This document shows positions 53,645-64,000 of a stretch of DNA of 64,000 bases, piece by piece. The DNA is from Octopus sinensis (lineage: Eukaryota), in NCBI RefSeq assembly GCF_006345805.1, contig NC_043002.1, forward strand, positions 82,708,001 through 82,772,000, given 5' to 3'. How positions within the stretch are numbered: the stretch's first letter is position 1; each line of letters begins with the position of its first letter. Below the pieces are notes generated by a model that worked only from the letters and a program-made list of their open reading frames with translations, was not told the origin of the DNA and did not search any database. A program made the translations under genes and the position numbers.

Positions 53645-54611
53645 GAGTGCTACAGGTAACATGTAACCCAGTACAACCTGTTGCATGGTCGAGTCGTTAG
53701 CGACTAAACCGGCAACCCCACCAAGCTTGCTTGGTGAGGAGGGTGTTTATTGGACACCCTGTGGGATGAAAAACAAAACCTGTCAAAGGGCGGAGGAACT
53801 CTTAAGAGACAATGGCCATCCAATAAATGTTTTAAGGCTGTATCATGCGCGGGGACATAGAAATAATCGGACTGAATACCCGATCGCGAGGTTAAACCGT
53901 TGGGAGTGAAGGACTCCCAGCCTTTGTTAGGGCATCCTTCTAGGAGAAGGTAACTCAGGTAACTGGGATAATTCCGACATAAAACCTGTGGCTCAGTGGT
54001 TACCGATGATGTTGACTTGTTCTTTTCATATTATGGCTGCTGTTGCTTAGTGAGTGGGATTGACTCAGTGCACAGTCTTTCCTCACTTTAAAAAAAAATC
54101 TTCTTGCACAGGCATTGCATGATAACAACATTGATTAAGCTTCGTGCAATAGCCATACTCGATAATGAAGGGGCAGCCACCATATATATATATGGCAGTG
54201 CTAATGCTTTGTAATATTTGTTTCAGCTTTTTATGTTCCGAGTTGAAATTCCACTAAAATCAACTTTGCATTTTGATAGGGCTATAAAATAAACTACTGC
54301 TCAAGTATTAGGGCCAATGTGATCAACCCTAAGTACTTAACCCTTTCCCCTTTTAACTTACTGGTTTTGTGCCAAAATTTGAAACCATCTATATTTGAAT
54401 ATATCTATGTATATATATAAATATATATATGTGTGTGTGTGTGTGTGTGTACATGTATACAAACAATGCATATGTGTGTATGCATGTGTTATATACATAA
54501 CAGTTTTGTATTTTATCTTGCTGAAATATTTTAAATTTTGAATTTTTTCAAATCTTTCTTAATTTTTATTATAAGTTTATGTATTGCTTTCTTTTTTCTT
54601 TCTATTCCAAG

Positions 54612-54745
54612 AATTACCAATTAAAATTTGCATATCAGTCTTCTCGTTGGTGTGGTCATGTAGCCACAATTGTTGAATCAAAAGGTGATGTTGTATGGGG
54701 AGTTGTTTATGAAATGAGCATTTCAGAAAGGGACTCATTAGACAA
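54612..54745 (+). CDS. GGCT: GGCT coding exon 2 (phase 0-2)
   Basis: ccaag|AAT..GACAA|gtaagc. NYQLKFAYQSSRWCGHVATIVESKGDVVWGVVYEMSISERDSLD matches W.GG.ATI..S.GD.VWGVV. Confidence 0.93.
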
Positions 54746-56037
54746 GTAAGCATCATCAGTTTAATTAACTAATTAACTGCTATTTAGTTTATGCACAAGC
54801 CTTTTGCAACAAATTTCTACCGCTAGATACCCTTCTTGTTGCCAACCTTCACCTTGATTGGACATGTTTTCACAGGAGACTAGAAACAAATTACACTGCT
54901 TGTATGACAGTGACACTCATTTACAACTATCTCATGCAGTCAAAACAAGGAAACACAAACATGCACATATTCTTTTATTCTTTTATTTTGTTACTTATTT
55001 CAGTCATTTATCTGCAGCCATGCTGGAGCACCACCTTTAGGGGATTTAGTCGAACAAATCGACTGCAGGAATTAGTCTTTGTAAGCCTATTCATTTGGGT
55101 TTCTTTTGCTGAATCACTAAGTTATATGGACATAAACACACCAGCATTGGTTGTCAAGTGATGGTGGTGGTGGTGGTGGGGACAAACAGACAAAAAAACA
55201 CACACACACACCTATACGATATGCTTCTTTCAGTTTCTGTCTACCAAATCCACTCTCAAGTCTTTGGTCAACCCAAAGCTATAGTAAAAGCCACTTGCCC
55301 AAGGTTCCACACAGTGGTACTGAACCTGGAACCATGTGGTTGGGAAGCAAGCTTCTTACCACATGCATGTATATATATATGCAACAGACTTATTTCAGTT
55401 ATCATTTGCCTAAGGTGCCATGCAGTGGGACTGAACCGCAAACCATGTGGTTGGGAAGCAAAGTTCTTAAACACACAGCCATACCCAAACCTGTACCCTA
55501 ATAAATACTTAATTCTTGGTTTATCTGATAATGTTGCATTTTCAATATATTCCAACATATCAGAACAGTGAGCTAGCAGAATTGTTAGCATACCAGACTA
55601 GGCAAGATGCTTAGTGGCATTTCATCCGTCGTTATGCTCTGAGTTCAAATTCTGTTGAGGTTAGCTTTGCCTTTCATCCTCCTGAGGTCGATAAAACAAG
55701 TACCAGTTGAACACTGGAGTCGATGTAACCAGCTTAGCCCTATCCCTAGAATTGCTGGTTTTGTGTGAATATTTGAAAGGTGGGAAGCTGGCAGAATTGT
55801 TAGCACACTGGCCAAAATGCTTAATAACATTTTGTCCATCGACATTTTCAGAGTTCAAATTCTGCCAAGGTTGACTTTGCCTTTCAGCTTTTCTGTGTTA
55901 ATCTAATGAGTACCAGATGAGCACTGGAGTCAATTTAATCAACCTGCCCCACCCACTTCCTGCAACACTGCTGGCCTTGTGCCAAAATTTGAAACCAATA
56001 GATTCCCACATATCTTATGATCCTTTATTTTTTTCAG

Positions 56038-56311
56038 ACAAGAAGGAGTTGACAGAAATATCTACCATGCTACTGACATGAAAGTTAAAGATCCCAACGA
56101 TGTGATATATGAATGCCGTACATACCTACTGTTGAAAAAAGACTTTGGAAAACCATCTCCCCAGTATAAGGATATTATAGTGCGAGGAGCCTTGGCAAAC
56201 GGTTTACCAAGTGACTATGTTGAATTTTTAAAATCAATACCTGACAATGGATACAAAAACAAAGTACCTCTTTACAACAAAATTCTTACTTCATTAGAAG
56301 ATTCAAAATAA
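56038..56311 (+). CDS. GGCT: GGCT coding exon 3 (last)
   Basis: Acceptor tttttcag. (K)QEGVDRNIY..CRTYLL..PSPQYKDIIVRGALANGLPSDYVEFLKSIPDNGY..*; the catalytic Glu of LDxQEG is retained. Confidence 0.94.
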
Positions 56312-56618
56312 TTCAATGAACTTATATCTCCTTAAATCCTTAAAAATGTTTTAGCCCGAAGGCTGCGGCCATGCTGGGGCACCACCGCTATTTATATATT
56401 TTATATAATTTTATATAATATTTTTATGATTTTGAAATTGTTGAAATTGATTTTCTTTCTTCAAAATGTTTTAAATATATTTTTACTTTTTTAATTTTTT
56501 AATTTCTTTGCTTTGGGAAGAAATTCCAATTTTTTTTTTTCCTCAGAGGGTTTCTAACAGTAATTTTTCATAATTGCCCACGGGCATATGGTGTAGTGGG
56601 CACTCCATAATTGCCCAC

Positions 56619-56895
56619 GGGCATATGGCTTAGTGGTTAAGAGCATGGGCTACTAACCCCAAGATTCCGAGTTCGATTCCAAGCAGCGACCTGAACAACA
56701 ACAACAATAATAATAATAGCATCGAAGAATACCTTAGGAATGAGAACCCAGGTTCAAAATTTCCCCAAGACACCCGAAGAAGGCTGGAGGGTATATCAGC
56801 CGAAACGTTGTGTTAACAACAAACAAGATGAGGACAAATATCCGTCAAATGTAAATAATGTACATAATTCTTCATCTCTTAAATATAGAACAGTA
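56619..56895 (+). mobile_element. tRNA-headed SINE with a hammerhead-ribozyme-like motif in its 3' half
   Basis: Head gggcatatggcttagtggttaagag..gagttcgattcc (A and B boxes), (AAC)n linker, fold at 56769-56814. Partial reverse copy at about 26575-26697. Confidence 0.7.
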
Positions 56896-59368
56896 ATATT
56901 TCAAATCATGACAACACACATGTGCTTGTGCACATGCATGTGCATACAAACGCACACAGACACACACATATATGCACACACATGACATATACATGTGCAC
57001 ATTCATACATCATCATCATCATCATTTAGCATCTGTCTTCTATGTTTGCATGGAGTGGACGATTTGACAGAATCCAACAAACCAAAAACCTACATGAAGC
57101 TCCATTATTTGCTTTGGCATGGTTTCATATGGCTTGATATGCTTCCTAACACCAACCGCCTTACAGAGTGTACTGGATGCTATATTCATGACACCACTGG
57201 ATGCTATATTCATCAAGGCGGCAAGCTGGCAGAAACATTAGCACGCTGGGCAAAATGCGTAGCTGTATTTCGTCTGTCGTTACGTTCCGAGTTCAAATTC
57301 CGCTGAGGTCGACTTTGCCTTTCATCCTTTCAGGGTCGGTAAATTAAGTACCAGTTTCGCACTGGGGCCAATGTAATCGACTTAATCCCTTTGTCTGTCC
57401 TTGTTTGTCCCCTCTGTGTTTAGCCCCTTGTGGGTAGTAAAGAAATATATATATTCATGACACCACACCAGTAAGATTACCAAGTAAGTTGCAAGGAGAA
57501 GGATCCCTCTTAACTGAGTAGGGTTGTGGTAGTGGCTGATGTGACTTTATACCAGGTGGTGAGAAGCTAAGGTATAATAGACAGATAGGCGCAGATGTCT
57601 TGCTATAGAAGAGATACATAGCTATCTTGCAGTGTACATGAGTGAGTGAGAGTGGCTGGAAAGAAGATTGAAATGTTGATGACAAGATATCAGAGTATAC
57701 TCTCAAGGTACTGCAGAATGAGAATACAGACTGAAAATCGGGAGGGGTGGAAATTTCATTGGAGTGTGAGAGGAGAGTGACCAGTGTTTAGAGATAGAGG
57801 TAGAGGTTAGTATAGGGAATGATGTGCTAGGGTGGAGGTGTGGTCAATGATAAGTATTAGTATTGGGGAGAAGGTAAAAGAAATAGCTCAGAAAGGAGGA
57901 GGTGATAAATGACAGTACAAGAAGGGTAGAAAGCAGCTGTATAATAAAATTGTAGCTAGAAAAATAAGGAGATGATATGTGGAGTGGGAGAGAGAGAGAA
58001 ATACAGGGACAGAGATGGAAGTTAGAGGTATGTAGAGATGGCTATAGTTAGTGGTGCTGATATGAGTGGAGGAACCAAGACATGGGAAGAAGTGGTAAAA
58101 GCTTTTCTTGGGATGCTTTCATCACTTCTGATATACCTCATCTAAACTAGGACAGATTTGTATAATTGAATGGACTTTAACCCTTTAGCATTCACCTTAT
58201 TGTCTTATGGCTTGACACACTTCCTAACACCAACCACCTTACAGAGTGTACTGGGTGCTCTATTCATGACACAACACCAGTAAGATTGCCAAGTAAGTAG
58301 CAAGGAGGGGGATCCCTCTTAACTGAGTAAGGTTGTAGTAGTGGCTGAGGTGACTTTATACCATATTGTTTTGAATTAACCATACATTATCTTGTAGCTA
58401 TGAGATTTTAATGAGGTACCTGTTAATTTTTTGAATATTGTGGGGTTGAGGTGAGAGGCCACATTTGACCAGTTTGGACATAAAACAGGTAGAATATTTT
58501 GACTGGATATGGTCAGTTTAAATGCTAAAGGATTAAAAAAGTTTTGTTGGAAATAATTTAGCAGAGCCATTTCCAGTCAAAGTGATGAGATGTGCAACAA
58601 AATAGAAAGTATTCTGCAAATTCGGAACTTTAATCCATTTTTGAAAATCAATGTGCTTGCTGCTCATATTCCCACACAACATATATCAATATGTATTGAG
58701 ACAACTTTGGTATTAAAATAAATTGCTTTAATTTCTTTTTATTATGCATTGTATTAAGGCGGCAAACTAGTACAGTCATTGGTACATTGGACAGAGTGCT
58801 TTTCTGGATATTTATAATCTGAGTTCAAATCTTGTTGGGGTTAACTTTGCCTTTCATCTTTTCAGAATCAATAAAATAAAGTACCAGTCATGTGCTAGGG
58901 TCAGTGTAATCAACTAACTCTTACCCCAAATTTCAAACCTATTGCCTATAAGAGAAAGAATTATACATTGTATTACTCACCTGTGCTGATAACACATAAA
59001 AGACACTCTATAGAGTGGTTGGCATTAGGAAGGGCATCCAACCATAGAAACCAAGCCAAAACAGACTAGAGCCTCGTCTTGCTCCCTGGCTTACCAGCTT
59101 CAGTCAAACTGTTTAACCCATACCAGTATGGAAAACAGACACATGATGATGGTGGTGATGGTGATTAGTTTTATCTCTCACCCATTCTGCTTCATCTGCT
59201 GGTGCTCTCTCTCTCTCTCTCCCCTCCTCTCTCTCTCCCTTCCCTCTCTTTCTTTCTTATTCACCTGAGTGACAGTACACATCTTAGAGTAGTGATAAAT
59301 CTTTACTTTTGCAGTGCTCAAGGCAACAATCCTTTCCAATTTATTCATAAAATACACACAGTACACTG

Positions 59369-59651
59369 TGTAATGTGGTTGGTGAATGAGAAGAGGAAAT
59401 GTTGCATCAATAAGGCTCTTTAGTCTTGTCATATGTAAGATATGACAACTTCTCTAGTACTAGTGTACTAATGCCATGATAACATGCACCCAATACACTC
59501 TGTAAGGTGGTTACCTTACAGAGTGTATTGGGTGCATGTTATCATGGCATAGTACACTAGTACTAGAGAAGTTGTCATATCTTACATATGACAAGACTAA
59601 AGAGCCTTATTGATGCAACATTTCCTCTTCTCATTCACCAACCACATTACA
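59369..59651. repeat. Fold-back palindrome, 140/139-bp arms, 4-nt loop (59509-59512)
   Basis: tgtaatgtggttgg..ctctgtaaggt|ggtt|accttacagag..ccaaccacattaca; a single 1-bp indel between arms. Confidence 0.95.
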
Positions 59652-59866
59652 GAGGAAGGCATTCAGCAGTAGAAATCAAACCAAAAGTGAAACACAAACA
59701 GGGTCCAGTCTTGTAACCTGTCTGTGAGGGTAGTGTCCCTCACTTGCTAACTTGGATTATGATGATCTGTCCAACCCACCCAACATTGAAAGCAGGCACA
59801 AGCATGATGATGATAGTTTTCAAAATAAAAAAAAATGAATATTTCATATAAGAAGCAAGGAGCCTG

Positions 59867-60273
59867 GGATCTTTTCGGTTTGAACAGCAGTTTTTTCTAG
59901 CGGTGTCATATGAAATTGTCACCCATAATTATGACCCTAGTATCGATCTATTGCATTTCAATCTGTTTTAGGGTTAGGGGTGGGGGGAAGGGTATCTTTT
60001 TTTTCTTCTCCAATGTAAATAAACCCAGTCTGTTTCTTAAACGAGGGACATATTCATACGGCACAGAATGTTTTGATTGGTTGAAATTGATTGGTTGAAA
60101 TTGCAGAAATTGAAGAAAAACAACAAGAAATATCTTACAAACTACAGAATTTTCTCAATAAAGCCAAGAGAAAAAGATGTTTTATAAACACATTCTACCA
60201 GTATACGAAGTTTAAAAGTGTTTAGTTACGTGGAAATTATTTAAAAAAACTGCCGTTCAAACCGAAAAGATCC
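59867..60273. mobile_element. MITE with ~30-bp TIRs and an 8-bp target duplication (hAT-like TSD length)
   Basis: ggagcctg|GGATCTTTTCGGTTTGAAC..GTTCAAACCGAAAAGATCC|ggagcctg. Confidence 0.8.
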
Positions 60274-60726
60274 GGAGCCTGTAAAACAATGAGACTACAA
60301 GCCTCGTGTTTTTTGGGGAGCTTGTTTTCTTTCCTTTTTTTCTCTGCAGATCAAATAGTGGCTATAGTTTCAGTTACAAAATTATTGATCAGCAATCAAT
60401 ACTGTTCTGCTTCAAGTTGAAGATGTATTAGTATAAGCTTGTGGTATATCCTTTGCTTTTTCTTGGACTACAAGAGCTGAGTATAACAGCTTTAGATTCA
60501 TAGCAAATCTAATATAATACTTTCCGATACATCTTCAGATAGGGTGTTTTGATAGTTACATTAGTGTTTTGTGAAGTATATGATACTTAGTGTCAGCAGC
60601 TATATTAAGTTGATGGTTTGGACTAATTCGTAGATGTCCCATTAATCCTATTATTTTTGTGTATCAGGTTACAGTTAGCCATTCTACTATAATTAAATAT
60701 TCTCACAGTAAGTTAAACAAGGCTAC

Positions 60727-60816
<90 letters not shown>

Positions 60817-61290
60817 GTAGCCTTGTTTAACTTACTGTGAGAATATTTAATTATAGTAGAATGGCTAACTGTAACCTGATACACAAAAATAATAGGATTA
60901 ATGGGACATCTACGAATTAGTCCAAACCATCAACTTAATATAGCTGCTGACACTAAGTATCATATACTTCACAAAACACTAATGTAACTATCAAAACACC
61001 CTATCTGAAGATGTATCGGAAAGTATTATATTAGATTTGCTATGAATCTAAAGCTGTTATACTCAGCTCTTGTAGTCCAAGAAAAAGCAAAGGATATACC
61101 ACAAGCTTATACTAATACATCTTCAACTTGAAGCAGAACAGTATTGATTGCTGATCAATAATTTTGTAACTGAAACTATAGCCACTATTTGATCTGCAGA
61201 GAAAAAAAGGAAAGAAAACAAGCTCCCCAAAAAACACGAGGCTTGTAGTCTCATTGTTTTACAGGCTCCGGATCTTTTCGGTTTGAACGG

Positions 61291-61296
<6 letters not shown>
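60247..61296. repeat. ~1.05-kb palindrome with ~480-bp apparently identical arms centred on (TA)n
   Basis: 60247-60726 is the reverse complement of 60817-61296 in the parts compared by eye; a second (TA)n follows at 61296-61327. Confidence 0.95.
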
Positions 61297-61331
<35 letters not shown>

Positions 61332-62759
61332 AATTCTTATGTCCCATCCATAATCATTGAGAATGTATTTAGCAGGAAAATATATGATACATCTACGCAA
61401 CTCCCAACAAAAATATATTGATCAGATCTTAAACTTTTACAATAATTCTTTGAAAAGAAAGAAAAAAAAAAAAGAAAAAGTAACTGGATTTAGAGAGAAA
61501 TTAAAATACATATCAGACCTATAGAACAACTGATTCAGAAAAAAGAAATTATCTGGTTCAACTCTTCTTTCAGCTTGAATGAAGCCTTAGACATTGATTA
61601 GAAAACATTGCACCACTAACCTCAAAATGTTTCAAGCTGTCTGTTTTCTCCAGAGTAATTGATTTTGAACTCTTTTTTTCATGCTTGGCATTGGTTTTTT
61701 TCATTTGTTCAATCATTTTTGTTTCAATGCTAGCATGGGTTAGATGAGTACATAATACTGAGGCATTGTTTTTTTTTTCTTTTTTTTCTGTAACTAGATG
61801 TCTTTCCTGTTGCTAACTATTACCTGTACTTCAAATAAAGGAATTTTCATCTTTGAAGATGCTGATATTGTGGATGCTTTGTTGCAAGGGAAATACTAGC
61901 AAATGTCTCTGTCTGTGGCTCAGTAATTTTTCAGAGAAGCACAGAGTGTAAACACTTGTACACCCCACCTCATCCCTCCATCCCACATACACATGAGAAA
62001 ATATTACCTTGCTCGGAAACAGGTGAAGGTTGGTAACAGGAAGTGCATCCAGTAATAGAAAATCTGCCTCAACAAAGTCCATCTCACTCATGGAAGCAAG
62101 GAGTTTAAATGATGATGATGATGATGTACCTAAGGTACAAGTGTTAGCTTTAAACTGGATTACTGATTAGTTCTACCACTCAAAGAATGAGGTACAGTCT
62201 GATAAGCTTCCATACATTTTCCATCTTCTCAAATTTCACTCACAGGACTTGGGTTGGACCAAGATTGTGACAAAACACTGATGTTCAAGGTGATATGGTG
62301 TGAGATCAAACCCAGTACTAAGTGATTGCAAAACAAATTTCTTGACCATGTGGCCATGCTTACAGCCATTATGGTCACACTTACAACCATTAAGCATGGC
62401 CATGCTTACAACCAAACTGTCAGGAATAGGTATTAGACAGATTTACCCAAAACACATCAACAGCTTGTTCAGAGTAAGATCTACTTATCAATATGAAATC
62501 AGATCTAAGTATTGAACACTTTGGACAATTGCCTGAATCCCTTCAATGAATTTAATTCCAAAATCAATTTTTCAAATACACTCCCACTCAGACTCAGAGG
62601 CTTTTTTCTTTTCCTTTCTTTATTTTGCCATGCAAATTGATTGGCGACCTCACTAATGCTGGTGTCATGAAAATGCACCTACTGTATTTCCTGATTGAAT
62701 TCATCCCTTTAGTATTAAAGTCTGATTTAAAACTTAATTATCCAAGCAGAATAAAAAAA

Positions 62760-63813
62760 AAAAGAATATTGTCTGCTTCCAGAAACAGTGAAAATTTGAA
62801 ATTGTCCTGCTCCCTTGATATTAACTTCAGCACAGTCAAGACAATTGTACAGAAAGATTATTCTCCAAAGAAAAAAACATGGGCACCAACAGTAAAAAAT
62901 CAAGGAAAATCATCAACAATTTTTACAAGAATCAATTAATGAGGACCCAACTTTAACTTTGAAAAGAATGAGAGAACTTTTAGAAGAGAAATTTGATTTG
63001 ACTGTTTCATTATCAACTATTGATTGCTATCTTGACAGCTTTGGATACACTCTGAAAAAATTAATGATTCACCATCATGAAAACACAAAAAAAGAAGCAA
63101 TGTTATTACGCAAAATGGTTTCAAGATAATGGATTGGCCATTCATTGTGTATATATTGATGAAACAAATTACAACATTTGGATTTCAAGACAAATGATTA
63201 TTATATTTGCTAAATACTTATATAAAATTTTTGTTTATGAAATATTTTTACAATCTATTTTATTTTGAAGGTCAATGGGCAGAGCTTACCATGGAGGTCA
63301 AGCAATTACCAATCACTCTTCTACTAAAGAGGCAAACTTAAACGTTATTGCCGTTATGGATACGTCAGGTCTTATCCAATTCGAACCATTTAAGAAGATC
63401 ACAACATCTGAATCTAACAGTTTTTTACATCAATGTTCACCAAAGATCACTGTTGACTACATCAGGTCCTGTCATATTTATTATGGATAATGTGCACATC
63501 CATAAATGTGCCAATGAAATTGATCTCGTGTCACAACATACGGTTTAAATATCTACTTCCTTATTCCCCAATATTTAAACCCGTTGAGGAAATGTTCAAT
63601 GAATTGAAATCTTTTGTGAAGCAGTATCTACAGACTCATAAAAATGATCTCTACAACAGATCAGAAAATTTGCCCATGATGATCCATAGAATGAATATTT
63701 TTAAAACAGCAATGTATCTTACAATGGATTCAATATCTGCTGTAAATTGTGCAAGATATGATCAACATCAAACATTTTTCATCCAACAAGCATTGAATAT
63801 GAAGGTTTTGTGA
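62760..63813 (+). pseudogene. IS630/Tc1-mariner DDE transposase relic
   Basis: N-terminal HTH-like INFSTVKTIV, then CVYIDETNYNIW, VIFIMDNVHIHK and YLLPYSPIFKPVEEMF, spread over several frames. Confidence 0.8.
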
Positions 63814-64000
63814 AATATTTATGATTACAAGTGTTTTAAAATAAATTTAAACTGTTTTAAGTTTAGTTTTTTGTTTATTTTCACTTATGTTTGTTTAAAC
63901 TTATAGGTGTGTAATTTTTAACTATTTAAGATCCAAATTAGCTTTGATAGCAAAGAGACAAATTCATTTGAGAAAAGGATGAATTCATTTGAGAAAGGGA

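Noticed and set aside
53640-54050. RTE 5'-UTR-like sequence with a possible HDV-like ribozyme
   Set aside because: I could not fold a nested double pseudoknot by eye; needs an RNAMotif/Infernal search.
56619-56690. Functional tRNA gene
   Set aside because: A/B boxes are present but the acceptor stem is incomplete and it runs into a repeat body, so it is a SINE head.
57700-58100. Purine-rich stretch as a coding or regulatory element
   Set aside because: Low-complexity GA-rich sequence with no ORF or motif.

Overview
Eukaryotic, AT-rich, microsatellite-dense genomic DNA. The repeat families match, from my recollection, those of a coleoid cephalopod, most likely Octopus; the taxon is inferred. 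Three host genes were found by reading splice sites, and the ORF track largely misses them. (1) TIMM50 (minus strand): two internal exons, one with an in-frame TGA where homologues have an aromatic residue. (2) A C19orf12/Nazo-family gene (plus strand): its main exon is 1 nt short, giving a frameshift. (3) GGCT (plus strand): three intact coding exons. About 11 kb is two head-to-tail, near full-length but disrupted Tx1-clade non-LTR retrotransposons sitting in a (TC)n microsatellite. The rest is SINEs, CR1/RTE LINE tails, MITEs, Helitron-like elements and an IS630/Tc1 transposase relic. Less ordinary signals: minimal type-I hammerhead ribozyme folds in short repeats, including a tRNA-headed SINE; several large fold-back palindromes, two with readable template-switch junctions; and a ~2 kb putative promoter/5' block duplicated ahead of both plus-strand genes. 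No CRISPR, rRNA or true tRNA genes were seen. Repeat boundaries are approximate unless stated as exact.
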